A stretch of 64,000 bases of DNA from assembly GCA_009103225.1 (NCBI GenBank), contig RHPI01002368.1, positions 587,397 through 651,396 of the forward strand, written 5' to 3'. A program made the position numbers and the translations under genes. Shown one piece after another: positions 46,301 through 57,963 of this stretch. Each line of letters starts with the position of its first letter. Within the stretch, counting starts at the first letter, position 1. The DNA is from Chlorokybus atmophyticus. Taxonomy: Eukaryota; Plantae; Mesostigma and Chlorokybus algae. The notes under the pieces were generated by a model. That model saw only the letters and a list, made by a program, of their open reading frames with translations. It was not told where the DNA came from and made no database searches.

Positions 46301-49250
46301 GCGTCTACATGCAACACAGCAAAGTCAGTGGCATAAACGCACCGCCAATGGACCACCCACAGTAATTTTGACATTGCTTACTGCGTAAACTCCACAGCGC
46401 CTTTGATTTCGGCGACTGTGTAAACCAGCTTGGAGCCCGTGAGTTCGTTAAAATCATAGCGGATGGCGACGGGAAGATCAAAATCTTTAAGTTGTTTGAC
46501 ATCTGTGGGCTGGCCTTGCCCTTTCACCTTGCCCGCCTTTATTGGCTTTTTCTCAACGTCTTCTTCTGACTCTTTCGTCTGTACCTTGGGTCTTGCTGCT
46601 AACAGCTCTCATATGTACATGTCATGCGTCTGAGCTCCGCAAAAGAGCAATACAGCTTTTCCAAGAACTCGGGGTTTTCAGCAAAGACGATCCTGATTGC
46701 TGCAAGCACAACAATTGCTCAAACAAATGGCAGGCAGCTAAGAGAGGTTCAAAATCTTGACCCTCTAAGAGCTGGGTGTTAAGAAAGGTTTAAGAACTTA
46801 GAACTCTGCAAGCAGGCCAGGTTGAACGTACCCAAGCTTGCCAAAGACTTCATTCAAAGCTTTGATAGCAATAAACCCATCAAATCTGCCTCTTTTGCAC
46901 ATGTCGTCGCATATAGTGACAACCTCTTTTTCCAAAAAGGATAGCCGGCCGGAGTCCAGATGATTGACATCGCTCATGATTTGGGGGGGCTCGAGTTTGG
47001 TAAAGGTGTCTAAGAGATTCAGGGAATGCCTTGCGCTGTGTTCCGCTTTCCATCGGCCATAAACAAGTCTTCTTTGCTGTGCAGCATATGGAAAAAGTGC
47101 TGGTAATCTTGCTCTACTAGGCCGAGATCCATCGCAATCCTGCAGTAGCAAATTTAATTACCGGAGATGTAGAAAGCTGTATTGGATGTTGTGCACTGTA
47201 TGCAAATATAGTTTCAAAGTCATACGTGACATGGACGCGCTTGGTTTGGGGGACTTTACCCACCTCGTCATCCATTAGAGGCGTCAGGGACTCTCGCAAG
47301 ATAACCATCCATGACCGTGCGCAGTCAAGCCACGCTTCAACCCCCCTTGTCTTGCGGGTCTGCCCAATGGACATTCCAAACGGTTGACCATGTTCTTTTC
47401 AGATGTCACGCATGGCGTGCATGACCCCCAATGGCGTGTACTTTTGTCGCAGCTCATCCTGCAAGTTGTGCAGCCTTCTAAGGTTGAGGATTTGAAGTCT
47501 ATCGATATTGGTCACGACCTGTCACATATAAAGTTGTTAATCAATTACCGAAGGTATCATAACTTGACAACAACAAAGCAGCCCACCTCGATCCTTCAAG
47601 ACGCCCATTATGGATCATCTGAATGGTCATGATGCCTGCGCTGATATATTGTCAGTGAGTGATTCCCGCACGGAATCTCGAACTACCATCTTTTGCTCGA
47701 TGGGTCCTGCGGAAACTCATCTGCTAGCACTTCACGCCATTCTGTGGGTCCAGTCTTTTCGAGCACCGATCCAATCCACTATTTGTAATTCGGCAGGCCA
47801 GCGTCGATCTCGCCCTCCACAAGCTTTAGCCTTGCCACGATCACTGGTTTAACGGAATGGCCCCGACGAGCAAGCATCATCCGATTAGCGGGAACATTGA
47901 ACAAGGTGTTTCCTTTTGAGGTTTGAACCAAAGAGGGCAACTTCAACCGATCCAACAGGCCTGAAACATAAAACAACCAAGCGACTATCGAATATCATAT
48001 GGCAACGCACTTAGTGTTTATGCCTTGATTTCATGCACACAGAGTAATGACAAGCAGGCCAAAGCCGAATACAATAGCTCACTTTTGTTACTGGTCTCAA
48101 TGACAGGTGAGTAGCCTGCAGTTTTGTCACTATCGGAGTTATCTGAATCTTCTGATGTGGACGTGGAAGGCTTGGTTGCCTCGCCCTTGCTGGGTGACGC
48201 GCTGTTATCGGGCAGGTCTGCAAAGCATAACAAGAGTATAAGATTTGTCAAGCCCTTGGCATAGATATGGTATGCCATAAGCTACCTCGCAGCCATTTGG
48301 AGAACTTTTCGTTCACGTCGTCTGTTGGCTCCCAGAGATGCTTCAGCACCCTTCGGTTGACACTTGCTGCAAGATCCATTAGATCGAGCTCGTTCTCTGC
48401 CTAAGCTTCTTCTGACTTGAAATAGGAACCCTTTGCTTTGGATAAGATCAGAAGTTTGGCTTTTAGCATAATGACATCATTGTCGTCGTTGATATTGCTG
48501 TAGGGCAACCCGAGACAATAGATGGACTTCTCATCCGAGCACCACGCTCCAAGTAGGGCGTATGTAGATGTGTGTTGCCATGTGCACGGTAAGCTAAGCC
48601 GGATTTCGGAACTCAAGTAACCCAGAATCCTGAAACTCATGTAAACCACGCTTATAACACAACGCTCAACTTACGCTTAACATTAAGACGGTAATTTCCC
48701 TGACCCACGTACCACAACTTCTAAACATGTTGGCGCTCAGCTTAACCTATTGATTTTAAAACTGCAACGCTTGGTACGAGGATGATTTTGATTGAATTTT
48801 GCTTTTTAGCCAATGGCAACTCCAAATCGCTATCTGTCAACACAAGCTTGTCACGTACTTGTAAGCGTCACATACAATTCAGATTGGAGACATTTGCTGC
48901 ATACCCTTGGTTACTTAAATGAGTAGATGACAGGTTCATCTGTATCACTGCTGACGCTAGAATCTTCTTGGTCTTGCTCTTTGTTGTCGCTAGGCTGATC
49001 GTCACTGGTGTCTACTTGCTTCCTGTCCTGCTTGTCATCATCATAAGAAATCTCAACCGCCTTTTTCAGCTTCTTGGAACTTTCAAGTGTCTTCTGCGGG
49101 GGAGTCTTGTCTTACTTCTTCTTTGTGGCACCTTTTCCGCTGCGTGCTTGCAGGCTTTTGTTGCGGTCCCTGACCAGGGCTAATAATTGCCAGGAGTTGT
49201 CTGCAGTTCACAAAGTAGTAAATTTATACGTGCGAAGCAATTGTACTTTA
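43346..49250 (-). pseudogene. Decayed multi-exon gene: acidic/basic low-complexity N-term, possible ParB-like and amino-MTase-like segments, C-terminal PHD/RING-like Cys/His clusters
   Basis: Long collinear reading frames broken by scattered stops. FEIPCGNHS (~47650); TVFVDIEF (~46160); LFLDLGVGAT..VFLADPDP (45260-45350); CPVADC..CGAAGC..HDLC..C and CSVC..C..C..HPKC..C (43350-43790). Boundaries and domain calls are uncertain. Confidence 0.5.
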
Positions 49251-49254
49251 CTTA

Positions 49255-49640
49255 AGAACTCTAAGAGCAAGAAGCTAAGGGAGGTTTAAAATTGTAAACT
49301 TCTCAGAGCAGGCAGCTAAAGAAGGTCTAAGATCTTGAATCTTTTATTAACTTGGAGTAATGGGAGGTTCAAGATCTTAAATCTCCAAGAACAAGCAGCT
49401 AGGGGAGGTTTACAATCTTCAACCTATAAGAGCCGGCAGCTAAGGGAGGTCCAAGATCTTGGACCTCTCTTAACTGTAAGTCAAGGAAGGGTTCAAGATT
49501 TCCAACCTCCAAGAACAGGCAGCTACAAGAGGTCCAAGATCTTGGACCTCCAAGATCAGGCAATTGTTCCACAAGATCTTGGAACTCCAAGATCTCAGCA
49601 GCAGGACAAGCAGCAGCAAGAGGCGTACTGGAATGGTGGG
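49255..49640. repeat. Degenerate tandem array built on GGCAGCTAAG(G/A)GAGGT(C/T)CAAGATCTTGGACCTC
   Basis: Multiple ~40-50-bp units visible; a related unit occurs at ~46730-46790. Confidence 0.8.
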
Positions 49641-49898
49641 GGCAAACGTAAATGCTTGAATCTGCGCGAAGTTGTGTCCTCCTGTGCTTTCTCTCCCTCT
49701 GGAGTGTCCTTGTTTGCATTGCATAGCAGTTTACACAATTGGATTCCATTGTCTATAACGGCAATAGCAGTTAAAGACAAGGTGTTGCTGGTGGCTGTGC
49801 CGACAGCAGGGTACAGCTACCAGCAATGTACCAGTGTACCAGCAATCAACTACAACAGCAACTTCAACACAGCAACTGAGTAACAGCGCAGCAACTTC

Positions 49899-50140
49899 AA
49901 TTCAGCAACCAGTTAATTGCTGCGCATACAAGTTGCTGTGCGCAGCAATTAACTACAATTAATAACAATAGCAACTGGAACTCAACACACAATTCAGCAA
50001 CCAGTTGATTGCTGCGCACACAAGTTGCTGTGTGCAGCAATCAATTACAATTATTAACAATAGCAACTGGGACACAACACACAGCAATTCAGCAACGGGT
50101 TGATTACTGCACACACAAGTTGCTGTGTGCAGCAATCGAC
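49899..50140. repeat. Three ~92-bp tandem units, each with a long hairpin
   Basis: Units start at 49899, 49991 and 50086. Unit 1 has a perfect 16-bp stem AGTTAATTGCTGCGCA/TGCGCAGCAATTAACT (49911-49954). Confidence 0.9.
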
Positions 50141-50506
50141 TTTAAAGGAACATAGTGCTGCTGGTGCTGGTGCTGCTGCTATAGCAGGAACAATCAGCAG
50201 CAGCGACAGCCGCAGCAGCAGCAGTCACAAGCAAGCATTGTAATAACAAACACTACCAAAAAACACAACACAAACCTGGTCGACTTGCGCTTTGACCCCC
50301 CCGAGCTGTTGCACGCACGCCTACGCCCTGCACCGGCCCCTACCGCCCACGCCCACGCCGCCCTAATCACCCCTGTCCTCACACACGGAGGCGCCGCTTC
50401 TCAAACTCCTACACCCCTCGAAGCCTCAACACCGCCTCCGCCCCTGCCACCGCCGCCAACACCCCCGCCGACGCCACTGCCGCCCCCGCCAAAGCGCCCC
50501 TGAACA

Positions 50507-50562
50507 TTAGGGTTTCTGTCTATGGCTGCCGAGGCTATGGCTGCCGAGGCCAGAAACCCTAA
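50507..50562. promoter_or_regulatory. Inverted pair of telo-box-like motifs enclosing a 15-bp tandem duplication
   Basis: TTAGGGTTTCTG ... (CTATGGCTGCCGAGG)x2 ... CAGAAACCCTAA. Confidence 0.6.
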
Positions 50563-50577
50563 GTGGCTGGGCGCCAC

Positions 50578-50662
50578 CTCTGATACCGCGAGAGCAACTC
50601 TGTCGCAGTAGCTCTCATACCGGTAGAGCAACTGCGACAGAGTTGCTCTTGCGGTATGAGAG
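50578..50662. repeat. 38-bp-arm inverted repeat with a 9-nt loop
   Basis: Arms 50578-50615 and 50625-50662, 3 mismatches. Confidence 0.92.
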
Positions 50663-51413
50663 GTATCAGATCCTCAAAAACACGAATTAATTACCTAATA
50701 TTGATTGATTATTATATTCATGATTGCCGATGAGTTGGTAACCGTCGTTTTTTTGTCTTGTATGATGGTGCGATAAACTCCGCTTTACCCAACCTTTGCG
50801 CAAGACAGTATGCAAGGTCATATCATAGTGTTGAAGGTAGCAATGTCTTTATGTGATGCCACGATAATTTTGATTGTCATACTCTTGGTGTTGAATTAAT
50901 CATTTTCAAATTTACTACAACCAACTACTATCTCCATATAATTTCATTGAAATATAGACTGTGCTATAGACTATTGCTCAACAAAACTACAGTAGATATG
51001 TATATTATTATTAAGATTATTACGTAATGCAATAGAAGCATTACGTAACACGCGTATCATCAATTGTACGCATTAGTCATCACTCACGGCATGTTACAAG
51101 TACACATGCCAAGCATTACGTAACACCTTACGCATTGCAACCAGCGTACACTTCATCCAATTTTGATATAACACGACAGAATTTTAACATCATCTACGCA
51201 ATAATCACATGCAACAATTATAGATTGAATATGACATATTAATGTTTGTGCACACAAAACTCCAACGTTACATGTAACAATTATGGATTGAAAATTAACA
51301 CTTCATTATTTGTGCACAAAAAAAAGCATGATGCGTGTGCTGGGCTTCATTGAAACCACTTCGCTAAGAGCGGTGTAATCACCGTTCTACCATCAAGTGG
51401 GTTCTATAAAACC

Positions 51414-51690
51414 AAACACACGCAACTCTCTAGCGCACACATAAGTATATGTACCGGTTATACTCTTATGCAGCGCAAGCACCGGGGCGAGAGCGAGCAA
51501 CATAAAAAACAAACGTCAGCAATATCACAAACACACGCAACGTACATACGCAACATACGCAACATACGCAGCGTCAGCAATATCACAAACACACGCAACT
51601 CTCTAGCGCACACATAAGTATCTGTACCGGTTATACTCTTATGCAGCGCAAGCACTGGGGCGAGAGCGAGCAATATTAAAAACAAACGTC
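51414..51690. repeat. ~105-bp direct repeat pair with a short CAACATACG tandem spacer
   Basis: 51414-51517 and 51587-51690 are nearly identical. Confidence 0.9.
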
Positions 51691-52764
51691 GTCGTCCGTT
51701 AGATTTATCGACATTTGAGTATAGATATAATAATTTAATCAATGGAAAACTATGCTTCCTAGTTGCGACATTAATCGCGCGTCGTACCCTAACCCTACCC
51801 CCCCCACTCGGTGAGCTCAACTCTAGTGCCGGAGTGCAGCTGGTCGGCGGCGGCGGTCGTGTAGTTGTTGGCGGCGGTGTTGTTTTCATCTGAGCGGTAG
51901 TGTGTTTTAGTAGATCCCACTGTGTAAAGTGTAGTTAAAGCTTGCAAGTTGTAATTTGCAAGTTGAAAGACCTGGTGCGGTAGCTGGTAAGTGAGTGCTG
52001 GCTTTGGGCGGTGGTATGGGCGGCGATGTGGGGGCCATAGGGGGTGGCGAGAGCGAGCCAGGTGAGTTGAAGCTTTCTGCTCTACTTGACCGTTAGGACG
52101 TCTGTAAGCTAGGTTTAGCGTACCACGCTGAGAATATGAAGACTTGCGGTAAGGGTTGCGCTGTCCCAGCGCTCATGCAGAATTGTTTAATCAGCGGCAG
52201 CATACATGGCGCCACCTATCAGGTACAATATCCGTGCGTCATAGTCTTGTATGCACTGTTTGACAGTTACTGATTGATATTACTATAATGCACACCACAC
52301 GCTAGTTGCTGCACTCAATCCTGTGCTGGTAATCAGCCAAACCGAAAAGCGCAACATATAAAGCTGCATGCACACAGCAAGTTGCAACAAGCAGAGACAT
52401 TTGCACACACACCCATGTTGCTTATGTGATTGTTCCCTGCATGGTAAGCACGATGTATTGCAGCAGGGGAGCTGCCCCTTAGTAAATACATAGTTGGCAT
52501 GTACTTCGGCACACACCCATCATTAATCATGCAACATCCGCATACAAGAGCACACGCGTACACATATACACAGATGTTGCAACCTCGTAATTATGTAGTT
52601 CTTGCAGTTGCTTTTGTATTCACATGGTATTGTCACGACCGCACCCAAAGCCCTTCAGCCTGAGGTGTTGAAATCCCCCGTCTGCAAGACTATGTTACTA
52701 GCATTCTTGGTCCATTGCTTGTTGGGCAGCATACATGAGATCTTGCATGTCTATTGACTTCAGC

Positions 52765-53050
52765 CGTTGTGCGTTACTGGATAGACGACCTTCAAGATTT
52801 CAGGTCATCTATCCCTTGATGCCTGAGATCTTGAAGGTCTATTAGCTTTACTCGTTGTGTGTTACTGGACCTTCAAGATCTAAAGTCGTCAATCCCTCGA
52901 TGCTTGAAATTTTGGTGGTCCATAACCTCACTCGTTGTGTGTTATCGGACCTCCAAGATCTCAGGTCGACAACTTCGTTCATTCCTTGGTGCCTGGATCT
53001 TAGAGGTCTACTAACTTTATTGTTGTGTTATAGTAGACCTCTACAATCTC
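52765..53050. repeat. Array of ~80-90-bp units, each containing a GACCT(T/C)CAAGAT inverted repeat
   Basis: For example GACCTTCAAGATTTCAGG..CCTGAGATCTTGAAGGTC; units are separated by CGTTGTGTGTTA. Confidence 0.8.
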
Positions 53051-53277
53051 ACCATCGTAAGCCCTCAGAGAACTTACTTCAGTCTCTTGCCTTCAGGTGG
53101 ACTGTTGGTCGTATATCAAGCGGCTTAGCCAAGAACATTGTCAGAGTTTGTGGCAATTCAACCGCGGCAACATCATTGGTACTTAAAGATTTTTTGACTA
53201 AGCAACCATTGCTGCAAGCTGTCATCCAACACGATGAAGACCTTCAGGCTGTTGCTGATTCCCTAGCCCTTTGCACC

Positions 53278-53832
53278 TGTAACGCGGGGCTTAGCCAACT
53301 AAGCCATGGTAGCAAAAGTCGCTGCCATGAGAGGTTGTGTATTGCTTATTAATGCTTCATAAGCCCTTCTTAGCCTATTCCACATTAACCGGCATTACAT
53401 TCAACCCGGAGTTAACCGCGATTTTACCTGCACATCTTGGCCCTTCATGACCGGCAGGACTTGCTCGCGTCCGGTCATGACCAGCCATTACCGGTCATGC
53501 CGCGTAGTTTTCCGCAGCGACTTGCCGCGTTGCCGCGCGCAGGAGCGACCCTGCGCGCCGACTCAGTCAGCTTCACCTTACAGCTAATTGTTAATCAATC
53601 ACACTAACTGCCTTGGATCGTTTCCGACGGTCGCCGAAAATCTACACACTCGCGCGCATCTTGCGCCCGGTGGGATTTGATCCCGCGACCTTTAGAGCTC
53701 CGATTACCAATGTAGCGCGGGGCTTAGCCGACTAAGCCATGGTAGCAAAAGACGCTACCATGAGAGGTTGATTGTTGCTTATTAAAGCTTTACAAGCCCT
53801 TCTTGGCCTATTCCACATTAACCGGCATTACA
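53278..53832 (-). mobile_element. TRIM-2: 555-bp non-autonomous LTR element, 122-bp LTRs
   Basis: LTRs 53278-53399 and 53711-53832 (TGTA..TACA); perfect TSD GCACC; PBS TGGTAATCGGAGC (53709-53697); weak PPT GGGTTGAA. Confidence 0.95.
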
Positions 53833-53849
53833 GCACCGTTGCTAAAATG

Positions 53850-54836
53850 TATAAAAAAGCTTATCAAGAAGTCAAGGCAGCAAGAACAGAAGCTCATCGT
53901 CATGCACAAGCCATGCTTGTTAAAACTGGTAGCAGTGTGTTGCTGAAAGTCTGAAACAATGCACGTGTCACGCACAAGGTCGCTGCACTTCTCAAAATCA
54001 AACGTCACCGGTTCTATCCGCTGACATTCATTCGGAATGACTGGAGCCTGAAGCAGCGCCCTTACCAGCAGCACCCTTACCAATTTTTCGCTCCTGCGGC
54101 ATACTGATAGTTGTCATTGTGCTTATAATTACTGTAAGGTAAGCAGGCTAGCAGTTATTTGACCTCCAAGATTTTACAAGCCGTTTGCTTGCTGACATAT
54201 TGTTCAACAGGTTCTGAAAACTTGCGGCTGCAACAGTCCTTGTGATCATCTAATGTACAGCAGATGTTCATTGGCTTGCAAAGGGTTTTCAAGCCATCTA
54301 ACAGATGCTGTCAACTCTATCATGTGCCCAAAGGAACCCAATGATTATTACCATAAAAAGCGATGTGTGAAAGGGGAATGCAGTTGTTGTAGTTGGGACA
54401 AGCTTTTTTCAAACTGTCCTACAGATCTGCGAGACGTCACTACGCGTTTATGTCCGTCCTCTTATAAACAGCAAAAGCAGACATGGCGCGCTGCTGATGG
54501 TTCCGTGAAAAAAGTACGAACGCGTGGACTTTGCCAAGGAGTCGCTTACTTACTCGGTATTCCGCGTGCGATACCGACCTATGCTGGAGGACTTTTGCTG
54601 GCACGCGTTTCTGGGTTCGTGGCAAGCTTCTCAGCAACGACATTGCTTAAATCCGTTCAATTGCGGCACCATTGTCATAATTAGTGACTTTTTGGAAAAC
54701 CATACCATTTGACCAAACAACGAGCTGAAGCAACAGCACTTTCAATCCGCACCTGTAGTGATCTATGTCATGATAGTGCATCGTCACGTGCAAATTGAGG
54801 TCGATGGCATCGAGTCTACAGATGAGGAGCCTGTGC
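53850..54836 (+). pseudogene. Truncated, frameshifted DDD-type transposase, Sola2-like, with an intron at 54139-54210
   Basis: DSCHC, IMCP..CVKGECSCC, FCWHAF..Q..Q, IVIISDFLENH..NELKQQHF..VVIYV match the C-rich and DFxENY..E.Q..H region of Sola2-type transposases (from recall). Cut off by DNMT-gypsy copy C before the later catalytic residues. Confidence 0.6.
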
Positions 54837-55378
54837 TGTCGGGTCGGGGGAAGTCGAGGGTCACACTGTCTCGGGCCGCTGCAGGGAAAGTTATGCTTGC
54901 TCGCCCTGCTGCTGCAACATGTTATAACATGTGGCAAAAGTAAAAGAGAACTCAGCTTGTATGGCGAGGAATGCTTGGTGGAGCTGCTCCACTGTTGCTG
55001 AGTCACACGGACATGTGGAGGCGGTGTCCTTGTTAGTGTGCACGCTGTGCTGTAGGACACACAGTCAACAAGCCACCCCCCTAAGCTTTGGGGAGGTTCC
55101 AGCTCCAGAGCGCAGCTGCTAACGTAGGTGAGGAGAACCATTGGTGCGGCAATCGTCGCACTAGTACTCCTCCATGGGTATTGCGTCCAATGGGGGCTCC
55201 AGACAGTAGCAATGCTGGCCCGTTACAGCCATCGCAGAGCATCATAAGTGCGTCATTGCCGGCGCTGCCGCAGCGTTCACAGCGTGTGCTGCGGGCGGGG
55301 CGAGGGTGCTGGATGCGCGCGAAGCCTGCTATGTAAGGGAGGTGACATGGCGCGCAATTCACCATATTGTCTTTCAAC
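54837..55378 (-). mobile_element. 3' end of DNMT-gypsy copy C (damaged PHD, PPT, 234-bp terminal segment 54837-55070)
   Basis: MKDNMVNCAPCHLPYIAGF..CERCGSAGNDALMMLCDGC; terminus TGTCGGGTCG. Confidence 0.9.
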
Positions 55379-57963
55379 CTCTCGCTAGCTCAAAATCCCC
55401 AAGCTGCGACCTCTTATTGGTTACAACAGCAACAACGCTGGTGGCTACCGCGGCAACAACAACAACAATGTGGGTTGCAACAACAGCAACAAGGATGGTG
55501 GTCACAACGATGGTAACCACGCTGGTGGCCACAACCCCAACAACAGCAACAACAATGGCGCTCGCAAAGAAGAGCCTGGCTACAAAGGGAAAAACCGCCC
55601 TCCACAGCGCAAAGGGCCTAAGGGACCTCCTCGCACGGAAGCTGTTGCAGTCAAAGCATCGGCCAATTGACAAACTGTTGACCAAGTCGCAGCCCTCATG
55701 GCGCGTAGCCCAATTGGAAGAAGGCAAAGAGCAGGACAATTAGGTTTGCTATGCTGCCCAGTGGGCATAGATGGCAATGAAACGGGAGAGGGACACTCCC
55801 ACACCATTGCGTGTGCAGCCGTAAAAAGGTGCGCGCAGAGAGGCTGGCGCATCGTCAATAATTTCGTCTTGGGAGGCCACAAGTGGGGCTACCTCGGCAG
55901 CCACAACCCTTGCTGCAACAACGCCATCAATGACACCGTCAGCAACACCCACGGGTGCCGTAAGTTCGAATACATCTGGCACCACATTTGCTCCAGTGAT
56001 GACCGGCATCGATAACGCTGCAGCCACTGCATCAGTCACAACTTTAGCAGCACTCACAGCTGCGACCTCCGTCACCACAACGGCTGCAAGTGCCACAACC
56101 CTTGCTGCAGTTGACATTGCAGCACCTCTCCAGCCCCTGCTGCCGCTGCCGGCGCATCATTAGGGGTTCGTGCAACCCCTAATGACCCCTCTGCCACCCT
56201 TGATGTCGCTCAACAAGTGCCGCGCGGCTAGCGCAACCAGAGCGCGCTTTGGCATCCGTCATACGCGATATCGAGCCCACAATCATTGCATACGGACCAC
56301 ATGGGCAACACACAACCCTTATGGCATGGGATGATCGCATCTTGCCACTCCCACCGCCCAAGTACCACACACTGCAAGAGCCCACCTAACAGCAGTTGCA
56401 GGATGAGAATATTATCGGCACTGCTTTAAAGATAAGGGATCATCTCTTTGAAGTCACCTATCGGCAACCTGCTGTGTCGGAGCTTGGAATTCACTTGTTG
56501 TTGGCATTACATGCGAGGTTGGAGAAATTACCCAGCCGGTCACAATAGCTAATGCCTGCTCAGATTAACGTTGAGCCCTCACCGTTGAAACCCGCTCGGA
56601 CTTCAGCGTTGTTTAATGCAAGACCTCGTGGTGGCAACATTGGACATGCCGCTGGGCATTGACCCAGCGCTTCGCGAGCTCATTTAAGGGAGCCACCAAG
56701 AGCGGTCCTGTGCCCTCGAATTGGCGCATCGTTAGCAGCTGGATTAAGTAATGCACGCCGACGAGCTTACGAGGCAGCGCGCGCCATTGCTGTGCAACTT
56801 GCGGGGCCGTTAGACATTGCCGGTACCTCCATTGCACTTGCCGTGGCGCCGCCCACGTCCAACACAGTCGCTCCACCAAAGTAAGCAATTGTTGCTGACT
56901 GGGCGAGGGCGTTGGCGCAACAATTGAGGAAGATAATCGCCCCGCTGCTGCCTCCTTTGGTTGACGGTTTGCACGACGACCAGCGGGATGCAAGGCAAGG
57001 TTACCTTACCCTACAAGGGGACACCACACAACGAGGTGGAGCTGGTATGGTAGGGGAGCAACAACTCCGTACCGCCCTTATACGACAAGTAGTCATGCTG
57101 CACAGGCCTGAGGGCAGTGCATCAATACAGATGCTGGAGATGCGCGGTTGGGGGCATTCATCCGCTCGTTGAGGCAAGCATATGATGACGCTGCCACCGC
57201 TGCTCCGGACACTTTAAAGTGCGTGCATAAGGCAATGTTACGGCTGCCGGGAGTGGAAGCAGCACGACAGTGTCAGTGCATCGCCACCGCTCGCACGCTA
57301 CACGTGCAGTCGACCGACCTCCAATGCATTGTACGTGCACGCGCCACGATCGTGCTTGATGTGGGCGTGGTACAAGGCTGGTGGGATATGTGCATGGTAA
57401 GGATCTTGCGAGTCCCCACCATTACTCACGACAAGCGGCAGCAGCTACTGCGCGCATTGTACTTACAACCCATGCCACAACACCACCATTTGATGAATGT
57501 GGACACAAAGCCCACAACCACATGGGAAGCGTCATTGGTTGGAGAGGCAGCTCATGCTGCCCAATGAACCTACGCAGAGCAAGCTGAATGCGAGGCAGGC
57601 CTACAAACACCGGGTCCGTCGGACTTTCCTCCACAGCCATTGGGGATACGTGCAAGCATGATCCCATCTTCGCAAAGGCGGCATGTACCATCACCTCCGC
57701 CTCAACCAGCACAAGAACCCTCAGCGCAAAGGTCTCTCCGTGTCTACCAATCACCACAACAAGGTCGGTTTAGCAGAGGGAGAGGGCAAGGAGGGGATCC
57801 TCAGGACCCAGCAAGCAGAGGAGCTCTGGCTGCAATGTGCTCAGCACCCTTAGCTGAGAGACATGAGGCACGGATGCCGGCAGCCCACACACAGAGTCTG
57901 CGCATCACCGCACATGCTGCCATAGTAGCCAATTGAGGCAAGTATGTGACCATTAACAGATTG

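Noticed and set aside
50507-51800. Interstitial telomere
   Set aside because: Only isolated AAACCCTAA/ACCCTAACCCTA motifs, not a tandem telomeric array.
49899-53050. CRISPR-like arrays
   Set aside because: Eukaryotic context; the units are degenerate tandem repeats without unique spacers, and there are no cas genes.
53660-53746. Genuine or permuted tRNA genes here and at 58390-58467
   Set aside because: The acceptor stems do not pair with the downstream 3' strand and there is no proper anticodon arm. The sequences are integral to TSD-flanked TRIMs, so they are reported as TRIM promoters.
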